Shown: positions 1-12,955 of the stretch, one piece after another
Layout of the letters: each line of letters starts with the position of its first letter
Numbering within the stretch: position 1 is the first letter of the stretch
Assembly: GCF_963921235.1 (NCBI RefSeq)
Contig: NC_086097.1
Location: forward strand, 219,668,001 to 219,732,000
Length of the DNA stretch: 64,000 nt
Direction of reading: 5' to 3'
Source: Mobula hypostoma
Lineage: Eukaryota
Made by a program: the position numbers and the translations under genes
Notes under the pieces: generated by a model
Database searches by the model: none
The model's input: only the letters and a program-made list of their open reading frames with translations
Told to the model about the DNA's origin: nothing

Positions 1-360
1 ATTATGTACATACAGAACAGCACAGTGCATTGAGATGGTCAAGATCAAACAATAACAAATGCAGAATACTTGTTAGAGCTACAGGGAAAGTGCAATGTAG
101 GTGGTTGATATGGTGCAAGGCTATGATGAGATAGATTAGGAGGTCAAGTCTGTCTCACTGAACTAGGGAACCACTCTATAACCTTATAACAGCAGGGCAG
201 GAGCTGTTTTTGAGTCTGGTGATATATGCTCTCAGGCTTTTGGTATTTTCCGCCCAGTGTGAGAGAAAAGAATTGAGAATATCCAATGTGGGTGGGGTCT
301 TTGATTACTGAGGCAGTGAGAGGTATAGACAGTCCATACAGGGGAGGTTGGTTTCAGTGA
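1..360 (-). mobile_element. Rex1/Babar-like LINE 3' remnant (degenerate)
   Basis: Resembles the other minus-strand 3' fragments at 15530-15895 and 16650-17100 (agctgtttttgagtctggtg...caggctttt). Confidence 0.5.
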
Positions 361-759
361 CATGAAAGACAGTGAACTCCAGGTCCCCTATGTGAAAAGT
401 ACCATCAACACTCTCTCATTCTTCCACCTAATGACTTAAACCCATGTCACCTGATCATTGTTCTGCCTGTTTCAGAGAAAATAGGTGGTTCCTGTTTAAC
501 CTTCTCTAATTATGCAAATATAAATAAAGTCACTTCTTTGTCTCTTTTGTTTTAAAGATGATGACTCAACCTTAGCTATTTTGTCCTTGCACTGTAAGCC
601 CCTGGCAATATTTTGTGGATTTTGCAAACCTCTGTGGTTCTGCCGCACCCTTGCTATGATGCGGTGATGAGGATGGTATACAGAAGTCTGTCTAGTTGCA
701 GCCTGAACAGTTTTTCAAGCAGTCCTGCTGGGTCCTCCCCATTCTTACTTTAGCCGTAC

Positions 760-920
760 AGCACCCCAGAAGGCTGCATGAGTGGCAATAGCCCTAATTA
801 GTTTTAAGGAATATAATGGAACATTACGTGTAGCGTTGACTATGAATGTAAGAATAAAAAGCATTGTATGGTTTATTTTTGTAGTTTTTTTAATGAATAA
901 AGTTTATTTTGATAAAAATA
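760..920 (+). mobile_element. Possible Tx1/L1-type LINE 3' tail
   Basis: T-rich tail ending aataaagtttattttgataaaaa; no coding evidence. Confidence 0.3.
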
Positions 921-956
921 TTAGTGCCTCAGCGTGGCAATTTTCTCGCACATCCA

Positions 957-1195
957 TAAGTCATAGGAGCAGAATTGGGCCATTTGGCCCATCATGTCTG
1001 GTCTGCCATTCTACCATGGTTGATTTATTATCCCTCTCAACCCCATTCACCTGCCTTCTCTCCATAACCTTTGTACCCTTACTAATCACGAACCAATCAA
1101 GCTCTGTTTTACATGTACCCAATGACTTGGCCTTCACAGCCGCCTTTGTCAATAAGTTCCAAAGATTCACCACTCTTTGGTTAAAGAAATACCTT
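957..1195 (-). mobile_element. CR1-type LINE 3' end fragment
   Basis: Minus ORF VNLWNLLTKAAVKAKSLG matches the ORF2 C-terminus of the 11.1-12.5 kb CR1 copy (VNLWNLLPGAAVEAKSLG). Confidence 0.85.
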
Positions 1196-1489
1196 AACTA
1201 CTCACCCTGTTAGCCTCAGGGATTTGTGGAAAGGCACTCCATCAACCCACTATTGCTCAGTGTCTCTTATTATCCAGTTCTTTACTTAGTATCATTTGCC
1301 CTTTTCCTGAATAACCTTCTCTGAATACTTTGCATTTATTCAGAATGAAATCTATTTGCCAGTCTGCAACCACCTGACGTATCCATTGTTCCCTTAAAGC
1401 TGCTTGGAACTTTCTTCCTTCATATGAATTTAATATATCTTATCCAAATAAACATCAGTAACTGACGCAGGTAAATCCATTTTGTACAT

Positions 1490-3800
1490 TGCTCCTGATT
1501 TGTCATTCAATAAGATCATGGCTGAGTTTTTACCTCATCACCAGCATCCTGCACTAACCCAAATCCCATGAATTCGTTAATATCCAATAATCTATCTGGG
1601 TTTGTGCTGAACGGCTCAGTGGCTTGTTTAGAGAATTCCAATGATTTATCCGCTGCTGGATAAAGAAATACCTCAATCCTGAATGACTAACCTTTTACTT
1701 TGAGACCGTGACTCCCAGGTTTAGATATTACATCAGAGGAAAGCACAATTCCAGAATTTGCCCTTTCAAGCTCCATGAGAATTTACATTTCAATGAGATC
1801 ACCTCAACACTCTTCAACACTTGAGAGTATAAACATAGTCAGTCTGGGACTTACTTCTCACCCCATGATCCTAGCTTTCTTTATACTTCGTGTATTGCAA
1901 CTGTATTGTTCTTTAGCTTGGAGGACTGATACCTGCAAGCATTTTTCTAGGAGCAGTCTCAGCCCAGATTCTTATGCTCTGTCTTGTTAACCAATCTTCA
2001 ATCCATGCAAATGTATTACCATGATTCTACATGCTCTAATTTTGTTTAATATCACCTCATGTGGCCAAATGCACCAGATCCTCTGGCTTCCCTTTATATA
2101 TTCTGCTAATTGCAACTTCAAAAATCTCTAACAAACTCATAAAATGTTTTTCATAAATCCAGGCTGACTCTACTCAATATGACTTTTATCTTCCAAGTGC
2201 CCGGTACCAAATTATTTAACGGTAGATTCTAGCATTTTCCCTATTATTGACGTCAAGCTAACTTTCTCTATTTCTTTCTCTCTTCGTCTTAAAATGTGCT
2301 ATCACAATAAACAAAAGGCTTCCTGGTGAGCCCTGCAGAGCCCCACTGTGTATAGAAACCAAACTTGTTCCCTTTCTGCAGCTTGGCCAGTTTATAATCC
2401 AAAGTCACCACTTTCCATTGGATCTCAAGCTTTGGTTTTCTCATTGATGTGCCATATGAAATTTTAATTTTTTTTGCTAACATTCATAAAGGCTAGACTG
2501 AGGCCCTTCTCTCAACAGCCTCTATTGCTATCTCTGCAAAAAAATTAGGTAAAGTTATACACAGCTTTGCTTGGATGACTCCGTAAAGCCTGAGAGTAAG
2601 TACCCTCTTCCTTCTGTAAATGGTGATTTATGCCTACTCTGATATTCTTCCCAATGATTTGCCCACCACTGCGGTTTGGCTGACTGACCAGCGGACACTC
2701 ACTTATCCCTTTCTCTTTTAGCAGACACCAGTAGATATGATCTGCCTTCCAGCCTTCTGAAGCTGTGCATATGGCCAAAGGAAAATGGCTGTTAAGGCTG
2801 CACTATATTTGTTTTCTCTCTAAACTCTGAGATACATTTTTAGTTAAGTCCAGCATTTCATCCATGTCTAACATGCCTTTTATTCTTTGTTTATCATTCT
2901 CAATACTTTCATAATTCATCCTCTTTGGCACATTTCTGTCTCCTGGGAAGACAGATGCAAAGTATATATGTAGAAATACACATTAGAATTCAGCCTCCAT
3001 ACAGGATGTGGTTCATTCCTCTGACAAGATTTGTGTTTTGTCATCTTTTTATATTTTTATAAAAGTCCTAGGGCTTTCTTTAATTAGCCTGCTAATATTT
3101 TTCATGCATTCTCTTTAGCTTCTGAACTTCCATTTTAATTGTACCCTTCCATCTTCTATACTTCTGACTTTCTCCAGTGTGACCCCTCAGTATTTGTCAT
3201 AAGCTTCCCTTTTTTCTTGCCTTAACTGGCAGTGTGCATTCCTCCGCTTCCATGGCTTCTGCATTCGCAGGTTCTGCCTTTCCCCTTATTCAGAAAATAT
3301 TTGTCCAAGCCCAAACTGTCCCCTCCTTGAATGCCTACCAGTCCACCACCATTCCCCCATTCTACCACACACATACATACTGATTTACCTTCAAGTAATT
3401 ATTTCATGTTCATAAATATGTTCTGTTCAGGTCTGATATACCATAAACATATAAATTTATTCGTAGCCCAATTTATAATTTTATTTCCTTGTCTGTTGAT
3501 ATCTTTTTGCATAACCATGCCAAACCTTTGGAGTAAAGTTCATTGCCTCGAGTGATCCTGATGCCATCTTTTTACCTGCAGATTTATTCCCTAAAACCAA
3601 ACAGTTCTATCCTTTGTTGGGCTCATCTTGTTCTCCTGAATACAGTTTTAGAATTCTGGACCTTTTATGCTCTTTTATTTTGCCACTCTCCTGTATACCT
3701 TGGGGCCATTGACATTTCCCATTATTATTGCCTGGTTAATTTACGCTTCTCAAATCATGCCTGTTTCTCCTTCTGACTGTCCTCTGCTCACTCCTGACAA
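1490..3800 (-). mobile_element. Old, highly degenerate CR1-type LINE remnants
   Basis: Patchy similarity to the 29.2-33 kb copy (aagatcatggctga; gaagacagatgcaaagta). Confidence 0.45.
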
Positions 3801-5019
3801 TGTAATTGTCCACTAATATCTGTTCCATTTGATCTTCAGATTTCTGAGTGACAGAAACACAAATCAGTCGTAATCGAATAGTGGAGCAGGCTTGATGGGC
3901 AGAACAGCCTAATTCTGCTCCTATGATGTTATGGTCTTAGATCTCTAAAAGCAAAATATTGCAGCTACTGGAAATCTGAAATAAAAACAAAACAAAAAAG
4001 TTGCAAATACTCAACAGGTCAGGCAGTGTCCATGGAGAGAAGAGCAGAGTTAGTGGTCCAGGTCAATGACCCTTTTTCAGAATGAGTTCTGTAATGTTAG
4101 CTCTGTTCCAATTTTCTAGCCTGCCAACCAGCCTCTGAAGGAACTCTGCTTCTGCAATTGAAATACAATAACAGGAAACATTTCAGGCATTAGATGAAAT
4201 AGTTCTAAATAGCACAATCTCTGTGCTGGGTACATTTGCTAGAATCAGAATTAAGTGATTCAATCATCATGCATCATATCATATTTTGTCACATTTTTAA
4301 GAGCTTTTGAACTTATTGCCTTACATACAAATATTTTTCAGTGCCTCCATTTATGAAGTGTTCATAATGCGCTTTTAACATAAATGAATAGCTTGGAAAC
4401 ATTGTGGAACAAAATCTGACAACCAACCTCAAAGATATGATAGAGCAGTTGACAAAGAGCTTTATGAAAGAGATCAGTTGTACAGACTGTCTTAAGAGAG
4501 AAAAGCGAGATAGAGATTCTGGGAGAGAATTCCAGACCTTTGGACCTTGGCTGCTGAAGGCATAGTCACCAACAGCCGGTCATCTGATACGTACATACAA
4601 AAAGAAATCCCTAACTGCTATCGAATATCCTACTAATACAAATCTCTGTGATCTATAGCTTAAAAATTAACCTTAACAGAGGTCCTCTAAATAAAAAGAG
4701 AAAGTCAGAAACGTAATGCTTCTATCAATTTACAGCAAGAAGAACAATTAACCCCTGACTGATACCACCCACACCAAGCAGTTACATCTTGATTGAATTT
4801 TTAACTTTGTTTTCTTAGCAATATTCTGATCTGACTCCAAATTGCAACGTCAGCAATTAGATGATATATTAAAGCAAAGGTGCATGAAATGTTGTGACCT
4901 TATCAAAGGTGTGCCCACCATGTAGCCATCTGTTCTAACCAATCCATGGAGCCATGAGTCATGCCGCAAGGAAACAGGCCTTTTGGCTCACTGTGTCTAT
5001 GTCAGACCTCAATACTCAC

Positions 5020-5250
5020 CTTCACCAATCATACACTAGTCCTTTTTGTTGTATCGCACATCCCCATTACCTCCTGTCCCATCCCATCTCCCTATTTTCT
5101 TGTGAGCTATCTACTAAATTTACAGAAGCCAATTAAAATATCACCCAGCATATTTTTGGCAAGTGGGAGGAGACCTAAGCATTTAGGGCAGTCATAAGAA
5201 GAATGTGCAAATAGCACCTAGACAGCATTTAAGACTAAGATTGAACCTAG
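5020..5250 (-). mobile_element. Degenerate V-SINE-like element
   Basis: gtgggaggagacc and gattgaacctaggtc resemble the reverse-complemented V-domain and B box of the other SINE copies. Confidence 0.45.
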
Positions 5251-7039
5251 GTCCTGCCTCTATGTTAGATTGAAGTAATTCACAAATCAGCTATTCAAGG
5301 CTATTTCCAAAGGTGCAACAATAAAGAAAAGGAATAACTTGGTTCAAAATCTTGCTTAAAACTCTGAAATCGTATTTTGTCACTGGGGTAGGATAAGCAG
5401 ATACTGCTACTGCTATAGGTGATAAATAAATCTGAGGCAAAATCCGAGATAAAGTTAATTATTGGCCTGAGTCTGCAATTTACAAGCAATTACAAATGTC
5501 CTCTGATTCACCTCAGCAGTTTATAGGATGCCCCATTGACCTGAAGTTGCTTATTTAATAGTCTTAAATGCACTTCATTAGTAGCTAAAGATGCAGATTC
5601 AGCACTATCCATCAGGAATGCCAGAAGAAATCCAAAATGCCGAAAGATGATTTACCGAAACCCTTTAAAGTTCTCACCGATATATTTGGGGATTGAATAA
5701 ATATACTGTAATTTGCATTAATCTCTTTTAAGAAGAGATGCTATTAGAATTTTTATTTAAAGTGTGATCAACTTGGTACAATGCCATCTTTTCTCCCCTG
5801 CCTCTCTGATCATTTAAGTGTAGATAGAACAGGACTTCACTTGTTGGTATTGTGTTTCTTTATTCAGCAAGATTTGGCTGTTAAAGTGCCAGCTGTTTCA
5901 CTCTCTGTGAGCTAACTTCATGACCTGCAGTAAGTGCATTCTGAAACACGCAAAATAGTTTCTTTTGAGCTCATAAAGACATCAATATGCAAGTCCTTCA
6001 AGGAGCTGGAAGGAAAACTAAAGGGTTCAGTTATTGAAACATGTTGCCCCTTGGGCTTTATGGTGTTGGTCAAAAAGAATACAAGCAGCAGGGAACACAC
6101 AGACCTTGAAACAAGTAGAACGTAAAATGTTTCCACAACCTAGAAAACAAATTTATTTCAAGGCTGGGCTTCAGGAAAGTAATTGTCCATAACTAGGAAG
6201 CGATTTAAAAAGAGCTAAATTGAGAATAGTTCTCGGGTGACTGGAAGGGAAAACCCTCGGGAAACTTGTGTGGCTTCATTGGCCCTGAATGGAACCAGAC
6301 AATGGCAAGAAAACAAAAAAAATATACTTTCACACAATCATCTAAAATACAATAAAGGAATAGGCAGGGGCACATGAGTAATACTTAATGAACTGAGTGT
6401 ATTTTTCTACCATAAAATATTGAAGGAAACCTTCAAGATGCCCAGAAATGTAGTTGCTGTGGTGCACATTTAGATATGCTATGCTATGCAATGTGTTACA
6501 AACAGAGTGAGTGAGATAATGGCCCATTGGGCAACACAACTACACAGAGCCATTTTCTCTGCTACATTAGTTTTCTATGGGCTGCATTTGGGCTTCAACA
6601 AAACAGGACAGCAAAGGTCACCGTATTTGGAGCAGTTGGAGAAGGGAAGAAGGACAGCTATTACAATGGCGGGGAAATGCAGGCCACCAGCTTTCAATGT
6701 AAGCACATGACATGTGTGAAATTGACAAGTAACAATATGATTTAAGTCCAAGAAAGCACAGGAAGTAAGTTCTTTTTTTCTGGCGTTGGAGAATGCTTGG
6801 TGTTTGTAGCCATCATTAGTTGCAGTGTGATCAGCGGAGATATGCTTCTAAGTAGAGTTGCATTCTTTCTAAAAACAGTATATATACTGCTTGAAGTAGG
6901 AGTTTAATGGTTCTTGTCAACAATTCAGAAAAAAGAAAAAAGATTTTCAAAATGAAACAGGTGGCTAATTTAAATTATTCAGTTTTATTTGGGGAAAAGA
7001 TTAACATGTAATAAGTTTGAAGTCTACCAGCTTCCTTCC

Positions 7040-7506
7040 TGTTTGGAAAACAGATATGGAGGCTTTGGAAAAGGTGCGCAAGCTAATACTTTCCAAACCA
7101 TGATATTGCCTGATTTGAAAAGTATCAGCTATAAGGGGACAAACTTGGTTAGATTTCTCTGAAGCAGTAAATTCTAATAGAAGTATATCAAACTATGAGA
7201 GACATAGATAGGGTAGCTAGTCAGAATCCTTTTCACGGGGTGGAAATGTCACGTAGTAGAGAGTGTAGTTTTAAGGTATAAAGATTTACCCAGTATGGTA
7301 GGGGTCTGGTACACACTGTTAGGGGAGGTGGTGCAAACAGATATGATAACATGGTTTAAGAGGCACTTAGACAGACACAAGAACAAACAGGGAATGGAAA
7401 GATATGGACTATGTACAGGCAGTTGTGCAATTTAAATTGACACTTGGTTAGCACAGACTTGGAGAGCCAAGAGGCCTGTTCCTGTGCTGTACTGATTTAT
7501 GTTCTA
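7040..7506 (+). mobile_element. CR1-type LINE 3' fragment
   Basis: gaggctttggaaaaggtgc...tttaagaggcacttagacag...gcctgttcctgtgctgtac...tatgttcta tail, like 59022-60025. Confidence 0.8.
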
Positions 7507-8479
7507 TTGTCTGTACAGTACTGCCTTAGGGGCAGAAGGAGCACTTATAAACTCACCCTAGCAGGGTTGGTTGTTTCCAGGTTGATCATGGTCATTTCCC
7601 CATGACTTCCCTCCTGTAATCATTAATCCTTCTAACCACGCTGATTTCTTAAACCCGCTTACTATGGCCACTATGTACTCGGTTAACCATGTTTACTGGG
7701 TGAATAGGATTCCGAACTGTTGTACCCTCTGCATATTTGTCATGCAGAAACACACTTGATCATTCAGCTGCAGTCTGGAAATAAACAGAATGTAATCTGC
7801 AGATTGAAGTATTAAATTGTCATTGAGAAAATAAAGCCCCTGCAACAACAGAATGGAACAACCATCCAGTGAGCGGAGTTCCATATGACATGAGTGATGT
7901 GAATGCTAAGTCTGATGATCAAAAATCACAAGTAACCTGTGGTCAGTGTGTAAACGATGGTTGTGATGTCTATAGAGTGTTGAATAGAGAGGTTAAAAAA
8001 ATGTAGGGGGACTGAAAATTTAAGTAGAAGTATAAAGTGACAGTCAGTGGTTTTCTGAAAGATGAGGAAAAGGTCAGTTAAAATCTTTTAGTGGGTGGAT
8101 GAAGAATGATTGAACTTCTTCAACAGCTGCAAAATAACTGATTGAGAGAACAAAATGCTGGCAAAAATTCAACCCACACTTTGAGCTGGCCTCCGGTCAC
8201 CAGACTCATAGATCAGAGCTCCAAAACCAGAGGTAGGAACCTGGCAAGCTTGTTAACTATTTCCGTACAAGGCTTAGAAACGTGGCCAATGGATGCAAAT
8301 TCAAGGAAGTGGATGAAAGATTAGTCGACCAACTCATTTGGGGCTCGACATATGAACACATAATTGAGAGGAGGAAGTCACAATAGTGCAGGCTGCAGAT
8401 ACAGATATAGGTGCAGCCAAAGCAGTGGCAGGCAGAGGAGGTCACTGATTGCTCTATCCTCAGATTTGTCCTTGGGCAA

Positions 8480-8668
8480 GTTTGACACCACCTCTCTCCC
8501 ATCAGATTTCTGAATGGTCCACAAATCCATGAACACTATCTCACTATTTCTTTTTTGCACTATTTGTCTAATTTTGTAACTTATAGTGATTTTTATGTCT
8601 TGCGCTGTTCTGCTGCCACAAAGTAGCACATTTCATGACATATGTCAGTGATAATAAACCTGATTCTG
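8480..8668 (+). mobile_element. Rex1/Babar-like LINE 3' tail
   Basis: Closely similar to the 18920-19108 tail (tttcatgacatat.tcagtgataa.aaacctgattctga). Confidence 0.65.
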
Positions 8669-8722
8669 AGTTTTACAAAAGAAACAAAAGAATTAAAACC
8701 AGATTGAAAGAAAGCGATGCAG

Positions 8723-8769
8723 ACTACTACTATTACGTCGACTCAGGCCTAGGGGGCCGGTGTCGGGCA
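8723..8769 (-). mobile_element. Very short RTE-like LINE 3' terminus
   Basis: CpG-rich tgcccgacaccggccccctaggcctgagtcgacgtaatagtagtagt on the minus strand, ending in a (TAG)n tail. Confidence 0.4.
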
Positions 8770-9403
8770 AAAGCTGTGAACAGCCACATGAATCCACAGA
8801 AAATAATGCCCTCCAAAGAATCAAAGCTGAGATAATGCAGTAATCTCATCTGCTGGGAGAAAATGTGAATATCAAAAGTGAGAATTTCTGGAAGAAGCCT
8901 CAAAGGAAGAATAAAAGGATTAATGTTAAAGAGGCAAGAGGCAGAATTGGAACATGGAAGATAACAGAGATTGAGGCTCATTTGAGATTGATATCATATA
9001 TCATGGAGTGACTGGATGTGGCAATTCACTGAGAAATTAAATCCACATGACAATCCAGAGGATGAATTCCCTTTGCATCATTCTTGAGTTAAACTGGATA
9101 TAGAAGCTCAAAATAATATTCTACCAGTCAGGTTGTACCAAAAGATCTGCTCTGAAAACCTGAAGGGAATTGGATATCAAAGGGAAAATGGCCCCACGTA
9201 TAAGAAGACAACGGAACTTGGAATAATTTAACTCAGAGAGGGAAAGTTGCTCACTGCACATTCTATGTTACAGAAATTAGAAGGTGTGATGATAATGGTG
9301 ATCACTGTAAATCTTAAAAAGGAAGAGACAACACTGAAAATTGAAAAGGATATGCCAATCAAAGATTGCTCTACAGTTTTAAGCAGAAGTAATCCCAGTA
9401 TAT

Positions 9404-9618
9404 TGAGCCGACTGGTGGTGTAGTGGCATTAGCACTGGACTTCAAGGCAGATGGTCCTGAGTTCAAACCCAGCCGGGTCCCAACCTGGGCAGCAGCAGTA
9501 TCTGCCTGGAAGAAAGGCCTGGCAATCTACTTCCGTATCTTGCCATCAAACCCTGTGGACCCTATGGTCCATGAGGTCATGAAGAGTCGGACTTGACTTA
9601 ATGACTGAACAACAACAA
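9404..9618 (+). mobile_element. tRNA-derived SINE with Bov-A/BovB(RTE)-like 3' half
   Basis: A box tggtgtagtgg, B box gagttcaaacc; tail gtccatgaggtcatgaagagtcggacttgacttaatgactgaac(aac)n; flanking TSD taatcccagtatat (9390-9403) / taatccaagtttat (9619-9632). Confidence 0.75.
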
Positions 9619-10299
9619 TAATCCAAGTTTATCTAACTTGTTTGATAAAATGGTCTATAAAATGGTCTAATAGCTTGAAGATTTGAATATTACTTCATTG
9701 TGAAACCAGGGATCCAGCCCCCAAGTAGCAATCAGGTTGAAGAGAAAACTTGAAAATGAATTCTGAGTGATACAGAAGAATGAAATCGATAACTATAGTC
9801 ATGAAACCTAGCGATGTTTGAGATCCATTTTGAGGAGAAGTGATTAATGATATGCCCAGAAGCAAAACACATGAAATAGATGACCAAGAGAGATCACTAT
9901 CCAATCCTAACACTGTTACATTTAATTTTTAAAAAAACAGCAAACTTGATGCCAGAAACAACAAGGTGTGAGGTTTCATTGAGGAATCTTCATGCTGACA
10001 ACATTTAACATATCACTTCTGATGTTTACCTTTTGACTGTAGAGAAAGCCAGGATGTGTTCAGTAAAACATAGATTAGATTTGAAGCATGCAGCAGGGAA
10101 CCAGAGGGGCAAATGATTAATTCTATTGAGTGAACAATGATGCTCACAACAACCACCTCCACAAGGCGATGATCAGAATCAGAAAGGCCAAGTTCAAGCT
10201 GCATACTTTGAAATGAGAAAGAATCATCAGTTTTGAAAATGATATACAGATCAGAAAATGTTAGAGCCATCAATGGGATGAAAATGCCAAAGAATACAT

Positions 10300-10570
10300 C
10301 GTTAGCACAACACTTTACAATACCAGTGATCTGGGTTCAATTCCCACCATTGACTGTCAGGAGTTTGTACTTTATCCCTGTGACCGTGTGAGTTTCCTCC
10401 AGGTGCTTTGCTTTCCTCCCACAGTGCAAAGACGTACTGGTTGGTAGGTTAATTGGTTATTGTAAATTGTCTCGTGATAAGGCTATGGTTAAACCGGGGG
10501 GTTGCTGGGCAACGCGGTTCAAAGGACAGGAAGGGCCTATTCCATGCTCTATTTCCATAACTAAATAAAT
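10300..10570 (+). mobile_element. V-SINE (HE1-related)
   Basis: B box gggttcaattccc, V-domain gtttcctccaggtgctttgctttcctcccacag, (TAAA)n tail. Confidence 0.8.
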
Positions 10571-10694
10571 AAATAAATAAACAAACAAACAAGCAAGCAA
10601 GCAAGGGATCTTTCCGAGCTCTGTCACCATAAATAAATAAATAAACAAACAAACAAACAAACAAACAAACAAGCAAGCAAGCTAAAGATCTTTC
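10546..10694 (+). repeat. Duplicated compound microsatellite (TAAA)n(CAAA)n(CAAG)n
   Basis: Two consecutive units of about 72-77 bp, each gctct...ccataa-(TAAA)-(CAAA)-(CAAG)-gatctttc. Confidence 0.9.
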
Positions 10695-11040
10695 TTGGCC
10701 TGACCCTGTGTGTGAATTGTTTCATTTCTCATCCGTCACACACCAGGGAGATCAACTTAATGAAAGACGCCAAATACCTCTGTCACAATCCCATGAAACA
10801 AGTTTCAACAATTCACGGAGAGATGAGCCTATCATACAATAGCTGAAAACAATTTGTCATTTGACAGATAGATGCCTCTTTCAAAGGTCTGGGAGCGGTT
10901 CTTGCATAAGATGCCAAGCTGTTTGATTATATTTGCATCCAAAGCATTCTCACCAGCAGAGACAAGATAAATAAAAATTGAACGAGAACTATTAGCAGTC
11001 ATATAGAGTATGACTAAGGAAAGTTCCGCACCTACCTCAA

Positions 11041-12600
11041 TAGACTCTTAAATGGGTATATGGATGAAAGAAAAACAGGGAATTATGTGGGAGGGAAGGA
11101 TTTTGGAGGCATTAGCGATGATCTTTCAAAAGTCGATAGGTTCTGGCATGGTTCTGGAGGACTGGAAGATTGCAGATGTCATTCCGCTATTTAAGAAGGG
11201 GGCAAGGAAGCAAAAAGGAAATTATTGACCTGTTAGCTTGACATCAGTGGTTGGGAAGTTGTTGGAGTCGATTGTCAAGGATGAGGTTACAGAGTACCTG
11301 GAGGCATATGACAAGATAGGCAGAACTCAGCATGGATTCCTTAAAGGAAAATCCTGTCTGACAAACCTATTACAATTTTTTGAGGAAATTACCAGTAGGC
11401 TAGACAGGGGAGATGTAGTGGATGCTGTAAATTTGGATTTTCAGAAGGCCTTTGACAAGGTGCCACACATGAGTCTACGTAACAAGATAAGAGCCCATGG
11501 AATTACGGGAAAGTTACATACGTGGATAGAGCGTTGGCTGATTGGCAGGAAACAGAGAGTGGGAATAAAGGGATCCTATTCTGGTTGGCTGCCGGTTACC
11601 AGTGGTGTTCCACAGGGGTCTGTGTTGGGGCCGCTTCTTTTTACATCGTACATCAACGATTTGGATTATGGAATAGATGGCTTTGTGGCTAAGTTTGCTG
11701 ACGATACGAAGATAGGTAGAGGGGCCGGTAGTGTGCACTTTGGCAAAAGAAATAAACGGGCAGACTATTATTTAAATGGGGAAAGAATTCAAAGTTCTGA
11801 GATGCAACGGGACTTGGGAGTCCTCGTACAGGATACCCTTAAGGTTAACCTCCAGGTTGAGTCAGTAGTGAAGAAGGGGAATGCAATGTTGGCATTCATT
11901 TCTAGAGGAATAGAGTATAGGAGCAGGGATGTGATGTTGAGGCTCTATAAGGCACTGATGAGACCTCACTTGGAGTACTGTGGGCAGTTTTGGTCTCCTT
12001 ATTTAAGAAAGGATGTGCTGACGTTGGAGAGGGTACAGAGAAGATTCACTAGAATGATTCCGGGAATGAGAGGGTTAACATATGAGGAACGTTTGTCCGC
12101 TCTTGGACTGTATTCCTTGGAGTTTAGAAGAATGAGGGGAGACCTCATAGAAACATTTCGAATGTTGAAAGGCATGGACAGAGTGGATGTGGCAAAGTTG
12201 TTTCCCATGATGGGGGAGTCTAGTACGAGAGGGCATGACTTAAAGATTGAAGGGCGCCCATTCAGAACAGAAATACGAAGAAATTTTTTTAGTCAGAGGG
12301 TGGTGAATCTATGGAATTTGTTGCCAGGGGCAGCAGTGGAGGCCAAGTCATTGGGTGTATTTAAAGCAGAGATTGATAGGTATCTGAGTAGCCAGGGCAT
12401 CAAAGGTTATGGTGAGAAGGCGGGGGAGTGGGACTAAATGGGAGAATGGATCAGCTCATGATAAAATGGCGGAGCAGATTCGATGGGCCGAATGGCCGAC
12501 TTGTGCTCCATTGTCTTATGGTCTTATGATTAGATTGATCTTGTAGTAGAGTAAAAGGTCAGCACAACATTAAGGGCTGAAGGGTCTCTACTCTGCATCT
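11041..12600 (+). mobile_element. Old CR1 3' terminus split by the young CR1 (pieces 11041-11102 and 12529-12600)
   Basis: The joined halves match 59881-60000 (agactcttagatgggtacatggat...ggaggaaagggttagattgatc...ggctgaagggcctgta). Confidence 0.75.
11103..12528 (+). mobile_element. Young 5'-truncated CR1-type LINE, RT and C-terminal part of ORF2 (ORF 11238-12437)
   Basis: QHGFLKGKSCLTNL, LDFQKAFDKVPH, GVPQGSVLGP, YINDLD, KFADDTK motifs; CR1 C-terminus RGHDLKI...RRNFFSQRVVNLWN; 3' tail (gtcttatg)x2; gatt duplicated at both junctions. Confidence 0.95.
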
Positions 12601-12719
12601 GAATGTTAAAAAGTGATCAGTAGCCCTTAGAACAAATTTACAAGAGAGATCCACCAGCCTACAAGGATTTGACTAATAGAGCTGTATCCCACAGAGGTGG
12701 GTCCTTTGGCTCAGCAGCT

Positions 12720-12955
12720 ACTCCTGAGGCTGACCCTGAAGTTGTAGTTCCACCCTGAAATAAACTAATTTGTTTACTTTTTATTGCTTGCACGAAGTGT
12801 TCTTTTATTTTCACATATTGGGTGGCTGATGCTCTTTTTTAATGAGTTCTATTGGGTTTCTTTGTTTTTGTGGCCATCTGTAAGAAGCCCAATTTCATTG
12901 TTGTATGTATATAGTGCGCATACTTTGATAAGAAATATACTTTGAATTTTGAACT
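12720..12955 (+). mobile_element. LINE 3' tail ending in (tttgaa)n, Rex1-associated family
   Basis: Similar to 24900-25090 and 62600-62890. Confidence 0.55.

Noticed and set aside
6486..6770. Possible exon ending at gaa|gtaagt
   Set aside because: No clear acceptor and no recognisable protein; similar isolated donor-like hexamers occur at about 25152, 43107 and 43941 and are expected by chance
9404..9480. tRNA gene
   Set aside because: Poor cloverleaf, no terminator, and fused to a retroposon tail with TSD, so it is a SINE head; the same applies to the V-SINE heads
11238..12437. 399-aa ORF as a host or domesticated gene
   Set aside because: It is CR1 ORF2: TTG pseudo-start just after an in-frame stop, 5' truncation, internal deletion and a LINE tail
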